64,000 bases of DNA from Octopus vulgaris (lineage: Eukaryota). Under the pieces are notes generated by a model. It did no database searches. It worked only from the letters and a program-made list of their open reading frames with translations, and had not been told where the DNA came from. Where the stretch lies: contig OX597822.1 in NCBI GenBank assembly GCA_951406725.2, positions 4,278,001 through 4,342,000 of the forward strand, written 5' to 3'. Shown here one piece after another: positions 63,669 to 64,000 of this stretch; position 1 is the first letter of the stretch; every line of letters starts with the position of its first letter. Made by a program: the position numbers and the translations under genes.

Positions 63669-64000
63669 GGCGGCGAGCTGGCAGAATGGTTAGCACGCCG
63701 GGCGAAATGCGTAGCTGTATTTCGTCTGCCGTTACGTTCTGAGTTCAAATTCCGCCGAGGTCGACTTTACCTTTCATACTTTCGGGGTCGATAAATTAAG
63801 TACCAGTTACGCACTGGGGTCGTTGTAATCGACTTAATACCTATGTCTGTCCTTGTTTGTATCTTCTATGTTTAGCCCCTTGTGGGTAGTAAATAAATAG
63901 GTATTTCGTCTGTCTTTAAGTTCTAAGTTCAAATTCCGCCGAGGTCGACTTTGCCTTTCACCTTTCGAGGTTGATAAATTAAGTACCAGTTACGCACTGA
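63669..64000 (+). mobile_element. SINE A variant with a distinct 3' tail, followed by a second truncated copy
   Basis: Intact head ggcggcgagctggcagaatggttagcacgccgggcg; tail tttagccccttgtgggtagtaaa; second copy from 63901. Confidence 0.9.

Overview
Eukaryotic, AT-rich, extremely microsatellite-dense sequence with no confidently identifiable host protein-coding gene. The mix of SINE families, (AAT)n/(TACA)n/(GATA)n tracts and a divergent GC-rich 18S fragment suggests an octopus-like cephalopod intron or intergenic region (inference). Most listed ORFs are microsatellite artefacts. The real content is a layered record of mobile DNA: young 5'-truncated CR1 and RTE(BovB-like) LINEs, Dong/R4-type RLE fragments tied to (AAT)n, an L1/Tx1 fragment, several Penelope-like elements (PLEs), Tigger/pogo, hAT, mariner and Chapaev3-type DNA transposons, two non-autonomous Helitrons, and at least three tRNA-derived SINE families. 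Main points: (i) about eight minimal hammerhead ribozyme motifs, several sharing a non-canonical CCGANGA core; (ii) a PLE 3' end with a tRNA-like Pol III head just upstream of its hammerhead; (iii) two twin-priming-like 5' inversions, one with an 11-bp TSD; (iv) an (AAT)n-specific non-coding element forming a ~1.1-kb foldback; (v) an 18S rRNA piece inserted into a SINE; (vi) ten TGAGTCA (AP-1) sites on a 16-bp phase; (vii) a candidate 11-nt microexon. Boundaries were read by eye and family names were not database-checked.
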